Below are positions 35,681 to 49,505 of a DNA stretch of 64,000 nt, one piece after another. Every line of letters begins with the position of its first letter. The first letter of the stretch is position 1. Under the pieces are notes generated by a model that ran no database searches, was not told the DNA's origin, and saw nothing but the letters and a program-made list of their open reading frames with translations. The stretch is taken from the NCBI GenBank assembly GCA_031835245.2, contig JAVKOQ020000008.1, positions 310,001 to 374,000 of the forward strand. The letters run 5' to 3'. This stretch comes from Balamuthia mandrillaris (taxonomy: Eukaryota). The translations under genes were made by a program, and so were the position numbers.

Positions 35681-37430
35681 ATGGACCTCAAAAGTGCGCT
35701 GCAAGCAAAGCTAGCGTCGCGACAGCACAACGACGGCAAGGTTGACCAACAAGCCGCAGCGAAAGCTGGTAAACCCGAACAGAAGTATCCTGTCAACTTG
35801 TACGCTGTCGGGAGAGGGGTATATGGCCGCTTAGCCCAAGGTTTGTGGTCCTTGTTTGTCCCTCCTCGGCCGCAGAGGAGATCACCTGACCCTGCGCATC
35901 TTTAAGGGGATGAGCAGTCGCACAGTCGCTTCGTGAAAGGGTTCGCTTCACAGCCGAACGTCGAGTTTGGACAGCTGGCCTGCGGTGCCGGTCACGTCTT
36001 GGCTATTACCGCTGGCCCTGCCAACTTGACCAAAGAGCCGGAAGAAGGAGCAGAAGACAAAGGGGCGAAGCTACAGCAGGAGGAGGGTTTGCTCTACAGT
36101 TGGGGTAAGTGCCATTTTGGCCAGTTGGGACTTGGTCAGGAGGATGAGGACCGGCACCTGCCCACTCCGGTCATCGTTAGGGACTCAGCTGGACAAACTG
36201 TTCGCTTCAAACAGGTGGCCTGCGGCGACTCTTTTTCGCTCGCCGTCTCTGGTTGGCCTCTGTCCTTTTCTTTCGCTTGTCCCTTTTGTTCTTTGTTCTT
36301 TGTTCTGTGTTCTCTCTATTCCATTTGTTATGCTCGGCTCACGTTTGATGTGCTTATATTTGATGATACTGGTGCGCCCACTCCCTGACGATATAGAACA
36401 TGGCGAGCTCTATTCCTGGTACGTTTGTTATTACCATCCTCATAGCGCCTTCTTTCTCACGCCCATGTTGCGTGTAGGGGATGCGGCTACTACGGCCCAT
36501 TAGGACATGGCGAACAGACTTCGTATTCGCAGCCCAAGCTGGTTGAGGCTCTTTGCGGTAAAACAGTTGTGGCGGTGACCGGCGGCGCGTTCCACACCAT
36601 AGCATTACTGGGTTTGCTTGCTTTTCTACCGTGACTGCAATGAGCGCTCCTCATCTTTCTCCCTACACAACCGCAACAAACCCAAACAGCGGATGGAACG
36701 GTCTACGCATTTGGGAGGAACGAACGAGGCCAATTGGGATTGGGGGACACCCTCAACAGAAATGTACCAACGCCAGTTCCCCATTTGAGGAACGTTGCAG
36801 CGGTGGCTGCTGGACATTCTCACAGCCTTTGTGTCACAACGAACGGGAAGGTCTATGCATGGGGCTCTAATGAGTATCACCAGCTGGGACTATCGGACAA
36901 AGAGCAAGATGTTCTCATCCCTGTTGAGGTACCTCTCCCTGCTGATGCTCGGTTTGTAAGCTGCAAAGCTGGAAAAATATTCAGCCTGCTTCTTGAGGGT
37001 AACGTTCCTTGTCTTCGTTCCTGTGTGCTTTGTTGTTTGTTAACTTTTCTCCATTAATACAGGCGATGGCGGTGTGTATTCAACAGGTTACTTGCACACT
37101 TTTGCCAAGGAGCCTCATACGAAGAAAATAGTGGCTATCGCGTGCGGAGAGACTCATAAAATGGCCATCAGCGGTTCTTATCTTTCTTATTTTAGGGGGA
37201 AGGAGTAGTCTCTTGGGCATCTAACGCTGCGCTTTGTGTTTTCAACGCTAGAAAAGGGGGCATTGCACACATGGGGTGACGCTAGTTTTGGAAAGCTAGG
37301 CCGCACAATTGGCTCCTCCGCGGACTCGCTGCAACGCGGGCGGGTGAACGACCTCCAAAAGCAAGGCGTGCGCGTTATTGCCGTCGCCGGAGGCGCTAAC
37401 CACACCCTCTGCCTTGTTGCGCCATCCTAA
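35681..37430 (+). CDS. RCC1-repeat protein; multi-exon
   Basis: LYSWGKCHFGQLGLG, VACGDSFSLA, VAAGHSHSLC...VYAWGSNEYHQLG and VAGGANHTL. Confidence 0.92.
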
Positions 37431-37877
37431 AACCCAACGACTCCACCTAGAGTGAGATGAATTGGTAATATTCCTTGTACATCATGATCGTAAAACCTGT
37501 TTTACCTTGCTCTTGGCAATCTTCTTGCAAGAATAGCAAGAGAGACAGAGAGAAGCCGAACAAAGAGGATAAGAGATAGCCCCAAAGGAGAAGAGAGAGT
37601 TGGTTTGTCGACAGAAACACTGATCAGACTACCCCTCATATAAAGGCCGAAAAAAGGATGGGCCAAGACCCCTCGCGTGTTTTACGCGGCCAAAAAAAGG
37701 CACAAGAAAAGAAAACCAAGAAAAAAGGGCTCAAAACCACAACAAACAACAAAGAAGAGAAGACCTTCGGCTTCTCCTTCCTGCCTTTGGTGGTTGTCCT
37801 TTTTGTCACCGCTTTTTTTTTTTAAGTCCTTTCTTTCTTAAAGTGCACAGAGGAGGAGGAGCAGCAGTAGCGGGAGG

Positions 37878-38765
37878 ATGAAAGAAACAAAGCTCATTTG
37901 GACGGTGGTGGTCGCCGTAGTTCTCTTTTCGTTCATTGGGATCGCCTACTTCCCGTTCTCTCCTGCCAAATGGGCTCATGAGCACAGCGTGCGTTTTTGT
38001 TTTTGTTTTATATTTGTTTATTTTATTTGTGTCTTTGGAGGAACAAAAACAACTCCTTACACCTCCAATCTGAGCGAGCCCCAACCCTAACTGAGTTATT
38101 ATGTCCTTCATTTCTTGCCCACCGTTTCTTATTTTCTTCCTTCAACAGTATGACAAACAAGAAAAGGTGACGCTGTACGTGAACAAGGTGGGCCCTTTCC
38201 GGAACCCCCAAGAGACCTATAGCTACTACAGCCTTCCCTTCTGTCCACCCGATAAGATAGTCGAGTCTAAAACTGAGGGCCTTGGCGAGGCTCTCCTCGG
38301 CTATGAACTTATTGAAAGCAGAATTATCATTCGGTTTAGAGGTAACCTCCTCTCTATTTCTTTCGTTGTTGCCGCGTTTCTCTTCTTTTGTTGTCTTGTT
38401 CCTCTTTCTCTTTCTTGCTCTCTTTTTGTTGGCCTCCCGTTAAGGAGAACGACAATGTGGTGATGTTACAAGATGATATTTTTTGCCGATGTTCTCCGAG
38501 CAAAACTTGGAGCACCATGTGGCTATTCATGTATTAGCTTCTGAAACAATTACCACGAATTCGTTTCCCTCTTTGTGTTCTTGCTTTCTTGCTTTTTCTG
38601 TTGCTAAAACTTCTTTTGTACAAACCAATGAATAGAGGATATGCCCAGAGCAAAGATATGTGCAAGAACGCTCAACAAACAACAAGCCAAGTCATTTAAG
38701 AACGCTATCTTCCAGCATTACTGGTACCAACTCTTTTTAGGTACCGTTCTTTTCTTATCAAATCT

Positions 38766-38820
<55 letters not shown>

Positions 38821-40696
38821 TCCCTCCTCCATATGCCGCTATGCTTGCCACACGTTACTATGATGAGAAAATGCTCCCTCTTCTGAAGCATTGCTACGGA
38901 AGAAGAACAGCAAACCGGAATCACTATTTTTTTCTGAATGTGGCCTCTCTCTCTCTCTGTCTTGTCGTTTCTTTCTCTCTTGGTGTTTTGTCGCCGACCT
39001 AACAATCCTTTGTTAATGAACATAAGATGATCTGCCCATTTGGGGAATGGTTGGAGAGTATTTGGATGATGATACCTCTCCGCAAGCCTTTATCTACACG
39101 CACAAAAGCTTTTCCATTTCCTGGAATGAAAACAGGGTGAGTCTACCTTTATCTTCTGAACAATTGCAAGTGGAATTATACTCACTGTTTATATCTCACC
39201 AAAAGGTCATTGAGGTTAATCTTACTTCCGAACAACCTAAAGCTGTAGAGGAAGGAATGGAGCTGGAGTTCACCTACTCTGTAGAGTGGCATCACACCGA
39301 CACTCCTTTTGAGGATCGCTTCAGGAAGTACCTCGACAGAAGCTTTTTCGAGCACAAGGTGTGTTATATCTCTCCTCTTTCTTTTGTACCAACCGCGCAT
39401 TAACTTTGTCGTAATATTTGTTTTTTTCGGCAGATTCACTGGTTTTCCATCTTCAACTCTTTTATGATGGTTATATTCCTGGTGGGTTTGGTCTCCATCA
39501 TTCTTATGCGGACGCTGCGGAAGGACTATGCCCGCTTCGGCATCAAAGATGACGAGGACGGTCAAGACGATGATATAAGCGACGAGTCGGGTTGGAAGCA
39601 GGTTCACGGCGATGTGTTCCGCGCCCCTTCACGTCTCATCCTGTTTTCCTCCCTGGTGGGCACCGGTCACCAATTGGTGATCCTCGTCTTGTCCGTGCTG
39701 TTCCTGGCTACGGTTGGAACATATTATGCCCGTCGTGGCACCGTTGTCACCGCGGCCATCGTTTGCTATGCCTTCACTTCGTTTGTGGCTGGATACAGCA
39801 GCGGCGGATACTATGCACGCAATAATGGTAAGCACTGGATCAAGACCATGCTTTGCACTGCTTCTCTTTTCCCAGGCCTCTGCTTTGTCATTGCGTTGGG
39901 TTTGAACTTCATCGCCCTCTCTTATGAGTCTCTCAACTACATTCCTTTCGGCTCTATGGTCAGTTCTTCCTCTATCAAAGTCCGCATTTCAACACACCAC
40001 ATACAAACTAAACTTCCATGATCTTTTATGGTAATAGGTGGCTGTGCTTTCTATCTGGATATTTATTGCCTTCCCATTGACGCTGGTTGGCACTGTCATT
40101 GGTAAGAATTGGAATGGGGACAACAACGCGCCATGCCGTGTTAACCAAGTCCCCCGGCAAATTCCTGAAAAGAAGTGGTACCTGCAACCATGGGTGCATG
40201 TTGCCCTCGGCGGTGTTCTTCCTTTCGGCAGCATCTTCATAGAGATGTACTTCATCTTCACTTCCTTCTACAAATACTACTATGTCTACGGCTTTATGTG
40301 CCTGGTCTTCGTCATCCTGATCATAGTGACTGTGTGCGTGACTATTGTATCCACTTATTTCCTGCTCAACTCTGAAGACTATCGTTGGCAATGGACCAGC
40401 TTCCTTTCCGCAGCCTCCACTGCCGGATATGTCTACCTCTATGCCATCTACTACTTCCTCGTGAAGACCAAGATGTCTGGTTTCTTCCAAACTGCCTTCT
40501 ACTTTGGCTACATGGCCATGTTCTGCCTCGGCCTTGCTATTCTTTGTGGTACCTATCATTTCTTCTTCCTCCCCCTTTTTCCACTTCACTCTCTCATACA
40601 CACTCTCTCTCAACCACATTCAAAAAAGGTGCTATCGGTTTTATCGGCACATCCATCTTCGTTAGAAAGATTTACGGCATGATCAAAATAGATTAA
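37878..40696 (+). CDS. Transmembrane 9 superfamily protein (nonaspanin/EMP70; TM9SF3/Phg1b-like)
   Basis: [85 protein letters not shown] and C-terminal IKID. Confidence 0.95.
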
Positions 40697-40832
40697 GTGG
40701 TCACCTGCCATCCTTTTTTTTTCCTCTCCCCTTGAGTCCCCTTCCTGGTTTTTTGTTTTGTTTGTGAAAAAAATTGAACGTTTTCATCAATGAAACCTGC
40801 ACATTTGCATCTTTATTTTTTCAGGAAGGCCA

Positions 40833-41390
40833 CTAGTTGGCAGAGAAAAGCTCTTGTAAAAGTTTGATGGTGTCATCTGGACTGGTGACCGTGTGCCCAA
40901 TTGTCCTCTCGTGCATAAATATTTCATAGTCGTTGCCGCCCTGTTCGCCTCACTTTAGTACAAAACAGCGTCAGAGAGAGAAAGAGAGACATACCGGCAT
41001 AGTCTTGTCGCCAAAGAAATGAATTTCGTCGAAGTCTTGCAAGTAACGCAGGCAATATGTCTTGTTCCATCCTTCTGGGAACACATCAAAACTGATCTGA
41101 CCACCAATGGAAAACTGAAGACCAAATCCGCTAAAGTGTTCTCTCAACTGCTTCACCATGTTTTCCCTGATGTTGTGCTCCTGTTTATATTTACGGTGAG
41201 CAACAGAAGAGACAAGAGAAAATGAGAACAGTGAGAATGGAAGACCTTGTCATACTGCTCAAAGGCCTCCCGTTCCTCTTGCGAGCAGTTACGACCAATG
41301 GGAGAAACATTGAACATTCCCTTACGGAATTCAATGAAAGTGCCCCTGCATTACCAGAGAGAGAAGAGAGAGGAGGGAGAGGAGAGCGAG

Positions 41391-41433
<43 letters not shown>

Positions 41434-42030
41434 GCAAGTTCAATTGATGAACGCTAGCAATAAACCAGAAGCTTGATCAAACAAACCTCATGACAGGAAT
41501 ATCTTGATCAGCGATCAAGCGAAGGGTGTATTTTACGAACTCCTTCACCTTCTCCTCACCCAGGTAACTCTTCAGGCTCTATTACACAAGCAAGTTAGCC
41601 AAAAAAACCAATAGCAAATAACAAATAAGAATAATCAAAGCAAACCTCCTCGCCCAAGCGTTCACCATCCTGGAAGGCATCAAGTCCGTTCTCCGAGAAG
41701 ACATAGTCAAAAAGCTTCAACACTGCAGCCAGCAAGAAAGATATGTCAGAATCGAATAGAATAAACATTTTTGTTGCTGTGCATGCATTGTACCATCAGG
41801 GCCTATCTGTTCTTCTTGCTTCTTCAAGTCAGAACCACCAACAATGGCAATAGGCACACGCTTTCTTAGCTGGGCCAGCGCTGCCAACATCTGCGGACTG
41901 ATTTGCTGAAAAAACTCTTTCATTTAGGAGAGGGAGAGAGTGAGCAAGAAAACGTTAAAATTCTACTTACCCCCCTTGGCTTAGTGAGCGTTCCATCCAC
42001 ATCAAAAAGGGCCAACACTTTCTTCGACAT
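40833..42030 (-). CDS. PMM: Eukaryotic phosphomannomutase (HAD family); multi-exon
   Basis: [73 protein letters not shown] and FFGDKT..GGNDYEI. Confidence 0.97.
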
Positions 42031-42118
42031 GGTTGATGCCACCGCTGTTTTTGTCCTTTCGAATGGAAAATGGTACCAACAATTTCGGTTCTCTTTCCTT
42101 TTTGTCTTTTTTTCCCAT

Positions 42119-42206
42119 CCACGTCAGCACACTTCAGTTACACGTCAGCTATTCCTCGTCCACGTCAGCAAGCCCTCACCCACGTCAGCTATTTGTCCAC
42201 GTCAGC
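42119..42206. promoter_or_regulatory. Five-copy CACGTCAGC (GCTGACGTG) bZIP/UPRE-like motif cluster upstream of PMM
   Basis: Exact 9-mer starts at 42120, 42141, 42161, 42181 and 42198, separated by mostly dissimilar spacers, about 90-175 bp upstream of the PMM ATG. Confidence 0.7.
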
Positions 42207-42260
42207 ATATTTCCATATTGGCAATAAGTTACCCAAAGGGCACGGGTCTTTTTTTTTTGT

Positions 42261-43571
42261 TTATGTGGCGATGGGAGTTCTGCAGCTGGCGCAGGACTTG
42301 TTTTGGAGGAGCCACTGATCCACGCAGGAGGCATGGAAGTGATGGCGGCAGGGCAAGAAGCGAATCTCCTCCCCGTGCTCATAGTCGCAAAGGCAAATGG
42401 CACACATCCTGCTCTGCTCCTCTATGTTGCCAAAGTATTCCTCAAACTTTTGGCGCTCTTTGTCGTCATGGTTGTTGCTTTGCTCGCCGTTGTGCTTGAA
42501 GAACTTGACTTTGTTGGAGTTACGTTCGATCTGACCTTGAGAGGCGCCCTTCACCACCCCAAAGAACTGAGGCCGCATTTGGTAGAGTGCCACGATGAGG
42601 CCACATGTACAGAAGCAACAGCACACAACGAGCCCCATGCTGGTTAGATGGAGTGCCATCAATACTACACAGGTTATCCATAGCACTGGCACCTTGTCTT
42701 TCTGTTAGCGAAAAGAATGAAGAATGAGAACCATACCAAAAGATGCGATTTAAAGGCAGAAAGAAGAGGTTTACGCAATCAGTATCGGCAAAGGTCCAAG
42801 AGCAACCCACTATGAACCATATAAACCAAAACATGTTCAATAACCGGTTGAACGAATAAGCTGTCACCAATGTACCTCTTTTACAAAATAAAGTTAAATT
42901 GATTGCTTTGTATTCTTTTCTCTCTTTTCTCTCTCTCTCTCTCTCTGCCTGTTCCGCTCTCTCTTCATTAAAAATGTTGGAGACTAACCTGGGAACATTG
43001 GGGTGCCGGTGCAGAGAGTCGAGGTTGAGAGAGCCACCAAATTTACAATGAATGAGGAGAGTGAGCACCGCTTGTGCCACAACAATACAAATCTCAACGG
43101 AGGCCCAAGCCCGCAGCGGCTTCTCGCAGGTATTGCTGCCATTTACCGACAGAGCTGTAACAAGAGCCACCACTACCGCCATCAAGCTGCTCAACATAAA
43201 GCATAAGTAGCTCCTATTAACAGTCAGCATCTTCATATTTGTTTTACGGATAAATAACGTTGCTAGTAACAGTACCAGTAGCAACCTGAAAGTACTCTGC
43301 GAGTGCTTGGGCTAAGGTCCGATATTCCTACTGCTTGCTGGTCCTCCTGTAGTGGCTGGTCCCCACGGGTGGTTGTGCTGCTATCAGCTGTCATGTGTGC
43401 TTCCTCTCCGCCTCCTTCTTCGTCTTCTTCAGCCCACAGAGAAGGTGGGCTTAGGTGCTGCAACAGACGGGCAAGGTCACCATCCTCACCATCTCTTCGA
43501 AAAGCTCCTTCAGGCCGTCGCCCTTCCTCCAGGTCCACAAAATTGTTGTTGTGGCGGTTGGCGGCTTCCAT
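42261..43571 (-). CDS. Multi-pass membrane RING-H2 E3 ubiquitin ligase
   Basis: TM segments (TCEKPLRAW..., [12 protein letters not shown]), GASQGQIE and C-terminal [42 protein letters not shown]. Confidence 0.92.
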
Positions 43572-44126
43572 CGTAGCTCCCTCCCTGCTGCCACTGCCAC
43601 TACCACTCCCTTCCTCCCCCCTCTTCTACCCAAAACAAAAAAACAAAAAGTGATAACGTAGCGCTGCTACGTTTAATTTTTTTCCTTCCTTCTTTCCTGC
43701 CTGTTACAAAGGAGCTATGGAACAAGTCGCTTTCTTCTCGGTGGGATGATGATGGGGTTTTGTTGTTGTTGTTCCGGTGTCACTTTTATCACCCCCCCCC
43801 GTTTTGGTTGGAAACATGGCAATAGCCAATGGCCTTTCGTACCTTGATGTCCGCAGATTAACACACCAATCGAAAATCAAAGAGCTGTCCGACCCCTCAT
43901 CTCTCGCCATTTTATTTCGCCTCTCTTGCGTTCCAGCGCAGCACCGGTGTGTGCGAGCGGAAGGAGGGGAAGACCCCAAGCCCGCTACTTTCTCAACAAC
44001 AGTCGGCGGAGAACTGTAGCAAGCAACAACCTTTTTTTAAAAAACAAAAACAGTTTTAATCACAATACACACATTTCCCCCATATATACCTTGTTCTATA
44101 TACAAGAGAAGAAAGAGGAGCGACAG

Positions 44127-45649
44127 ATGGAGGGACTGCCGGATGAGTTAGTGTTGCACATATTTCAGTTTTTGCCGGTGGCTGTTGTGCTCAAGCGATG
44201 TGCTCTCGTGAGTCAACGGTGGAGGCAGCTCGCTCAAGATGAAGCCCTTCCTCGCCCCTTCCTTTTGCAGAAGCTGCCAGCAAACTTGAAGGAAGCTTTG
44301 AACGAGCAGCAACACTTTTTTGAGGTGTACCACTACCTCGCGCCAGACCAACCTCCCGTACTTTCTGGTTGGATCTCTTTTTATTCGCTGTTGCACAAAT
44401 ATTACTCTACTCACCGCACACTCAAAAAAAAAAGCGCCTGGCTCAGAAGGCAAATTGCCATGGAAGTACCTGTATGGGCGACGTATGCTGTGGTTTCCAG
44501 TGTTCAAGTTGTTTGGCAAGGAGAGTGGTCGCCTTCGTCCCTCTCAACGACCTAGGTTTGAAAAGCTGTGCGCCATCGTGTTGTCCTTTCTGCTTCGGGC
44601 CTCCGCTAGTGACAGGTCTCGCCTTCTTTTCGCTTCATCATTCTCGTTCTTCTCTTCGTCGTTCTCTTCTCTTTGCTCCATCTTTCTTTCTTTGCCTTGA
44701 CTGACAGCCAACACCACAGTGGAGGAGAATTGTTGTACATTCGGCACAAACATGGGAAGTGTTCCCAACCTGCTGTGTGCGAGCAACTCTTGCATTTGAC
44801 CAAGACCTTGGCCAGAGTGTTCAGAACGCAGTGTCTGGCCAGCCTGTCCACTGAAGACCAGCTATGGAAGGCTTTTGTCATTACTTTGCAACAGTTGCCA
44901 TTCTCGGAGCATCGTAACAGTCGCGTCCTTGTCCAACCGACGGATGCTGTCGGCAATTCTTGTTATGGCTTACCCTATCCTGAGCGGGAAACTATCAGAT
45001 GGCACCTTAGCAAACTCAGGTGTGTTTTGCAACCCACATTATTCTTACGTTTGATTCCAACGGACTTTACTGACTTGTTTTCATCTTCTTTTTTCGCTTT
45101 ATCTGCCCCTTTTTGTTTGTAAGGGAGCGTTTTACCAACAGACGGGTAACAGTACTAAAGCCAGGTGTTCCACGTGGCTTCGATGTGGTCTTTACCAACC
45201 AATCGGCAGTACGCAGTTGGGTGGGTAGTCCAGTGCCAGCCATCCAGAAGGGAACGCTTTGCTCCAAGCCGCAATGGCAACTGCTGCAGGACGCGTGGAA
45301 GGCCTCCGATGTACTGTTGAAAGAGGGCATGGCGCTCCTATTTGTAGACCTTTGGAGAAATCTACATTGCCCACAAGAAGAAGTGAAGACGGTGGTCATT
45401 CTTCTGGACTTTGGTGGCGCTGCGCAGTCACAACAATCGACAGCAGGACCGTTGTCAGAAGAGTCTGACCTAGTTCAGTATGTGTGGCGGACTCTAGCTA
45501 ACCGGACCGTGCCTCCCCCTCCCCCAACGTACCCTTCCGATAGCGACGACTACGACGACTACGACGACGATGACGATGACGATGGCGGTGATGATTACGA
45601 TGCTAGCGACGTTTGGAATGGCGTAGATGATACCGATGAAGACCCATAA
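44127..45649 (+). CDS. F-box protein with uncharacterised C-terminus and acidic tail
   Basis: MEGLPDELVLHIFQFLPVAVVLKRCALVSQRWRQLAQD is an F-box. Confidence 0.75.
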
Positions 45650-45815
45650 CAACGGCACTAAACAAATTCTCCGTTCGGCGGGGTGTCGGCAAGAAATTAA
45701 ATAAATGCAGACATCGTCGACAATAAATAAAAAGAAGAATTTCCTCAGAAAAGGAAAAAAAGAAAGAAAAAAAGAGTAGCGGAAGAAGACACCACACACA
45801 CACACACACAGAGCC

Positions 45816-47624
45816 ATGCCCAAAGAGTCCAAGGCCAAGGGGGTCCACCGGCATAAGCCGTTGGGCACAGAGATTGAGGAGGACAAAGAGCGAGCGGAGC
45901 GCGTGCAGCCTCGCGCCGCACAACGCACGAAAGCCCGGCGACAAGAGCGAAAGGCCAAACAATTAGAGAAAAGGGTAACGGGAAATGTGTTCTTGGGTGG
46001 AGTGATTGATTTTGCTTATTTTTTTTTCAGACTTTTATAGATAAAACACTGAGTCAAAAAGCGTTAGCTTTGGCTCAGGAGCAACAAGCCGAAGAACGAA
46101 ACGAAGAAAGGTATGTTTATTAGTGTTGCGAGAGGAAGCGATCAGGTTTTCTCACTGTCCTTCTTTTTAAAAAAAGACAAAACGCAACAAGACAATTTTT
46201 CCCCAGCAAAGATGAGGAGGAAGAACCGGAGGACGGAGGATGGGGCTCCGAAGACGAAGAGGAAGGAGAGGACTATGACGTGGAGGACATTGAACTGACG
46301 GAGGAGGACGCTCGTGCATTGCAAATGTGGACAGGACCGCTGCAACCGCGACGCACTCTTGCCGACATTATCATGGAGAAAATCAAGGAACACGAAAAAG
46401 AGGGAGACGCCCCCATCGAACAGCGACTCGACCCTAAAGTGGTGGAAGTCTACAAAGGGTTTGTCTCCTCTTTCATTTCTTTCCTTTTGCCTCTTTCGAG
46501 TTTCTTACTTTGTTGGTTGACCTTCTGTGCGTACTAGCGTGGGGCAAGTGCTTTCAAGATACAGAAGCGGGGCTATGCCCAAAGCTTTTAAGATTATCCC
46601 TTCGTTGTCCAACTGGGAGGAGATCCTGTACCTAACAGACCCGGACCATTGGTCACCTCCTGCCGTGCGCATGGCCACCCGTATTTTTGCCTCTAACCTC
46701 AACGCCAAGATGGCACAACGGTACTGTTACTGCAATTCCTCATTCGTCCTCTCTCTCTCTCCTCTCTCTCCCTTCTCGTGATGAAACTTTAGCCTTAGAG
46801 AATCGCGCCGCTGGCCGGTGATGATACCTTAATGTCATAGTTACACTGACTCTATCCGTCATTCTCCTCTATTTTCTCCTTTCTGCTTGGTCCTTCTTCA
46901 GTGCCGCTAATGCTTACAATTTTGTTTTTGTTTTGTGCTGTATGTTTGACGACAGATTCTATTCACTGATCTTATACCCACGAGTGAGGGATGACATCCA
47001 AGAACACAAAAAACTGAACTGGCACTTGTATATGGCCCTCAAGAAGAGTGTCTTTAAACCAGCCGCCTTCTTTAAGGGCATCATTTTGCCACTGTGCGAG
47101 GTGCGTTGTTGTTGTCTTCATTGCATCTTTACATATAACCGGGCCGGTCACTGATATTTGACCAACAGGCAGGAGATTGCACACTCAGAGAAGCAACCAT
47201 CATTGGAAGTGTTGTGGTGAAGGTATCCATCCCTGCACTACACTCGGCGGTGGCACTGCTCAAACTGGCAGAGATGGACTACTCTGGCGCCAACAGTATC
47301 TTCATCCGGATCTTATTGGACAAGAAGTACAATCTGCCGTACCGCGTCATCGACTCGCTCGTTCGGCACTTTATGCGCTTCTTCGAGGAAGAAAGGGAGC
47401 TGCCAGTTCTTTGGCATCAAGCCCTTCTTGTATTTGTGCAGCGATATAAGGAGGATCTCACCCCGCAACAGAAGAAACAATTGAAGCGGCTAATCAAGAC
47501 CAAGAACCATCGTGTCATCTCTCCCGAAATTCACCGCGAGTTGGTCAACTCGAGAAGCAGGGGCGAGGCTGCCCCTTCTCCTTCTGCAGCTGCTGGTGGC
47601 AGTGGCATGGTCATTGCTTCTTAA
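45816..47624 (+). CDS. BYSL: Bystin/Enp1 pre-40S assembly factor
   Basis: [57 protein letters not shown] and [14 protein letters not shown]...[16 protein letters not shown]. Confidence 0.96.
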
Positions 47625-47670
47625 CAAGGGTTTGCTTTTTTTAAATATTTGCTCTTTTTTTATTCCCGTG

Positions 47671-49505
47671 TCACCCAAAAACGCTGGTAGGTTCCCACTT
47701 GGCACGGTGGCTATGGTAGGCGGAGAGTCGAAGGTACGGATTGCCATTTGCACGGAGGTGTTCCGTGATGATGTCCTGCAGCCCCGCAGATACTTTGCCT
47801 GGCACACGCAACCGACGGAGCCGCGGACAGCCTTTCACCAGCGCATCAAACCCTTCATCCGTTATTGTGTCAGCGGCGGTGGTTGCTTCGCTCCCGCCCT
47901 CCCCGTCTTTCTCGAAGAGATGGCTGTGTGCGGATGCTTTGCCGTAGGCGGGGAGCAGAAACAGCTCGTTTAGGTTGGGGCAATGTGCGGCTATTTGCTG
48001 CAGGATGTTGTTCGTCATGAAGTTATGGTTTGGGCTTGCTTGTGCCCCTGCTTCTTCTTCTTCTTCACCCTCTCTTAGGCATAGCTTCTGTAGCAGGGGG
48101 CAGGCAGAGAGCATGCGTGAAAGCCCTCTCGCTGAGACTACTACCGGCTCCAAAAATAACTTGCGCAGGCTACAGAAACTATCCTCGCCGCCACTGCTGT
48201 CGCTGCTAAGAAGGAAGGCCTGCAGAATGGCGTCCGTTAATGGCTTGCCACAAAGTTCTAGTCTCAGCTTCTCCATACGACGGCAGTCCAGCACGGCAAA
48301 GAGGGCAACGAAGGCCCTCTCCTCGATCTCCTGCGAGCAGCACAGCTCCAACTTACGTAGGTTGGGGCAGTGAATGCCCAACAGGGAGATTCCTCGCTGC
48401 GTTAGGTCCGCATTCCTCAAAGCCAAGTCGGTTATTCTCCAACCCAGCATTTGATGTTGTCGTTCCTTCTTCTTTCTCTCCTCTCCCCTCGCCTTGATAC
48501 TTGTCCCGGCTTCTTTCTCTTCTACCTCTGCGTCTGCTGTTCCTTGTGGGCACACCAAAGCAGCAAGATGGTCGTCGGAGAAGCGCTCTCTGGCTCGAAG
48601 GCAGGCCACCACGCCCAACCTGGAGAGCCGCGTCAGCCGCTCACCTATGGAGCGCATGACGGCCACATCCGCAGCGGTCATCTGCAAATAGCTGCCCCAT
48701 CGCAGCGTCCTGAGCTCGGTGCAGTAGGTGGCCACGTACTGCAGGCTTTGCTCCCAGGGCACGAAGCGGTAGTCGTCAAAGCAGCCCACTTTCAGGGTCT
48801 TGAGGTGAGGCCCTAACTCCTGGAACAGAACAAGGTTCTCCTCGTCGCCGAGAGAGCGACAGCCCCGCAGGTCCAACGTGTGCAGGTGTCCTTTCCACCG
48901 CGTTAGTAGCCTCACTAATGCCTATTGTCTCCAATAATCGGATGAGAATAGACCAAGCAAGAGGAGAGCGAGAGCGAGAGAGAAGAGAGCAGGGAGCAAC
49001 AAGAGACCTTGGAGTTAACGAAAAAGTCGTTCGTGGCAAACTTGAAGTGCCTGACGTTGGTGTAGCGAATCTGCTCCATAAGCCTCCGCGACTCTGCCCT
49101 AAAGTAAGTATGCTTCACACTTCGATTAAAACCCATCTTGATAAAATACAGATCTAAAACTTTCTGCATAAGATGCGTTACATGATTGCGGTGTGGCCCC
49201 TTGCCGCGTAAAATGTTCAACGAGTTCAGCGTGGGGCTCAAGTCGACCGCCTTCCAACAGTGCTGGTAGATCAAGTCCCTCCAGTAGTGGCAGGTGCAGG
49301 CCATGTTGCCCAGCGTGCTGGCCGGCATGCTCTCTAGGAGCAGCACCACCAGGTCCATCGGCAGTTCGGCAAGGAGACCTATCTTGTCTTTGTTGTTGAT
49401 GCTGTTGTTGCGGTCTTGTTCGCATGTCGCGTCTCCCTTTTGCTCCTCCCTCTCCTCCCCAGTCGAAGCATTACCGCCCTGCTTCTCTTCCTCTTCCTTC
49501 TCCAT
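47671..49505 (-). CDS. F-box/leucine-rich repeat (FBXL-like) protein; 2 exons
   Basis: LAELPMDLVVLLL...MACTCHYWRDL is an F-box. HCPNLRKLEL, CPLLQKLCL and ITDEGFDALVKGCPRLRRL are LRR-CC repeats. Confidence 0.85.

Noticed and set aside
42119..42206. Repeat-spacer pattern as a CRISPR array
   Set aside because: Repeats are only 9-10 bp and spacers 8-12 bp, there are no cas genes, and the context is eukaryotic. Retained as a TF-site cluster instead.
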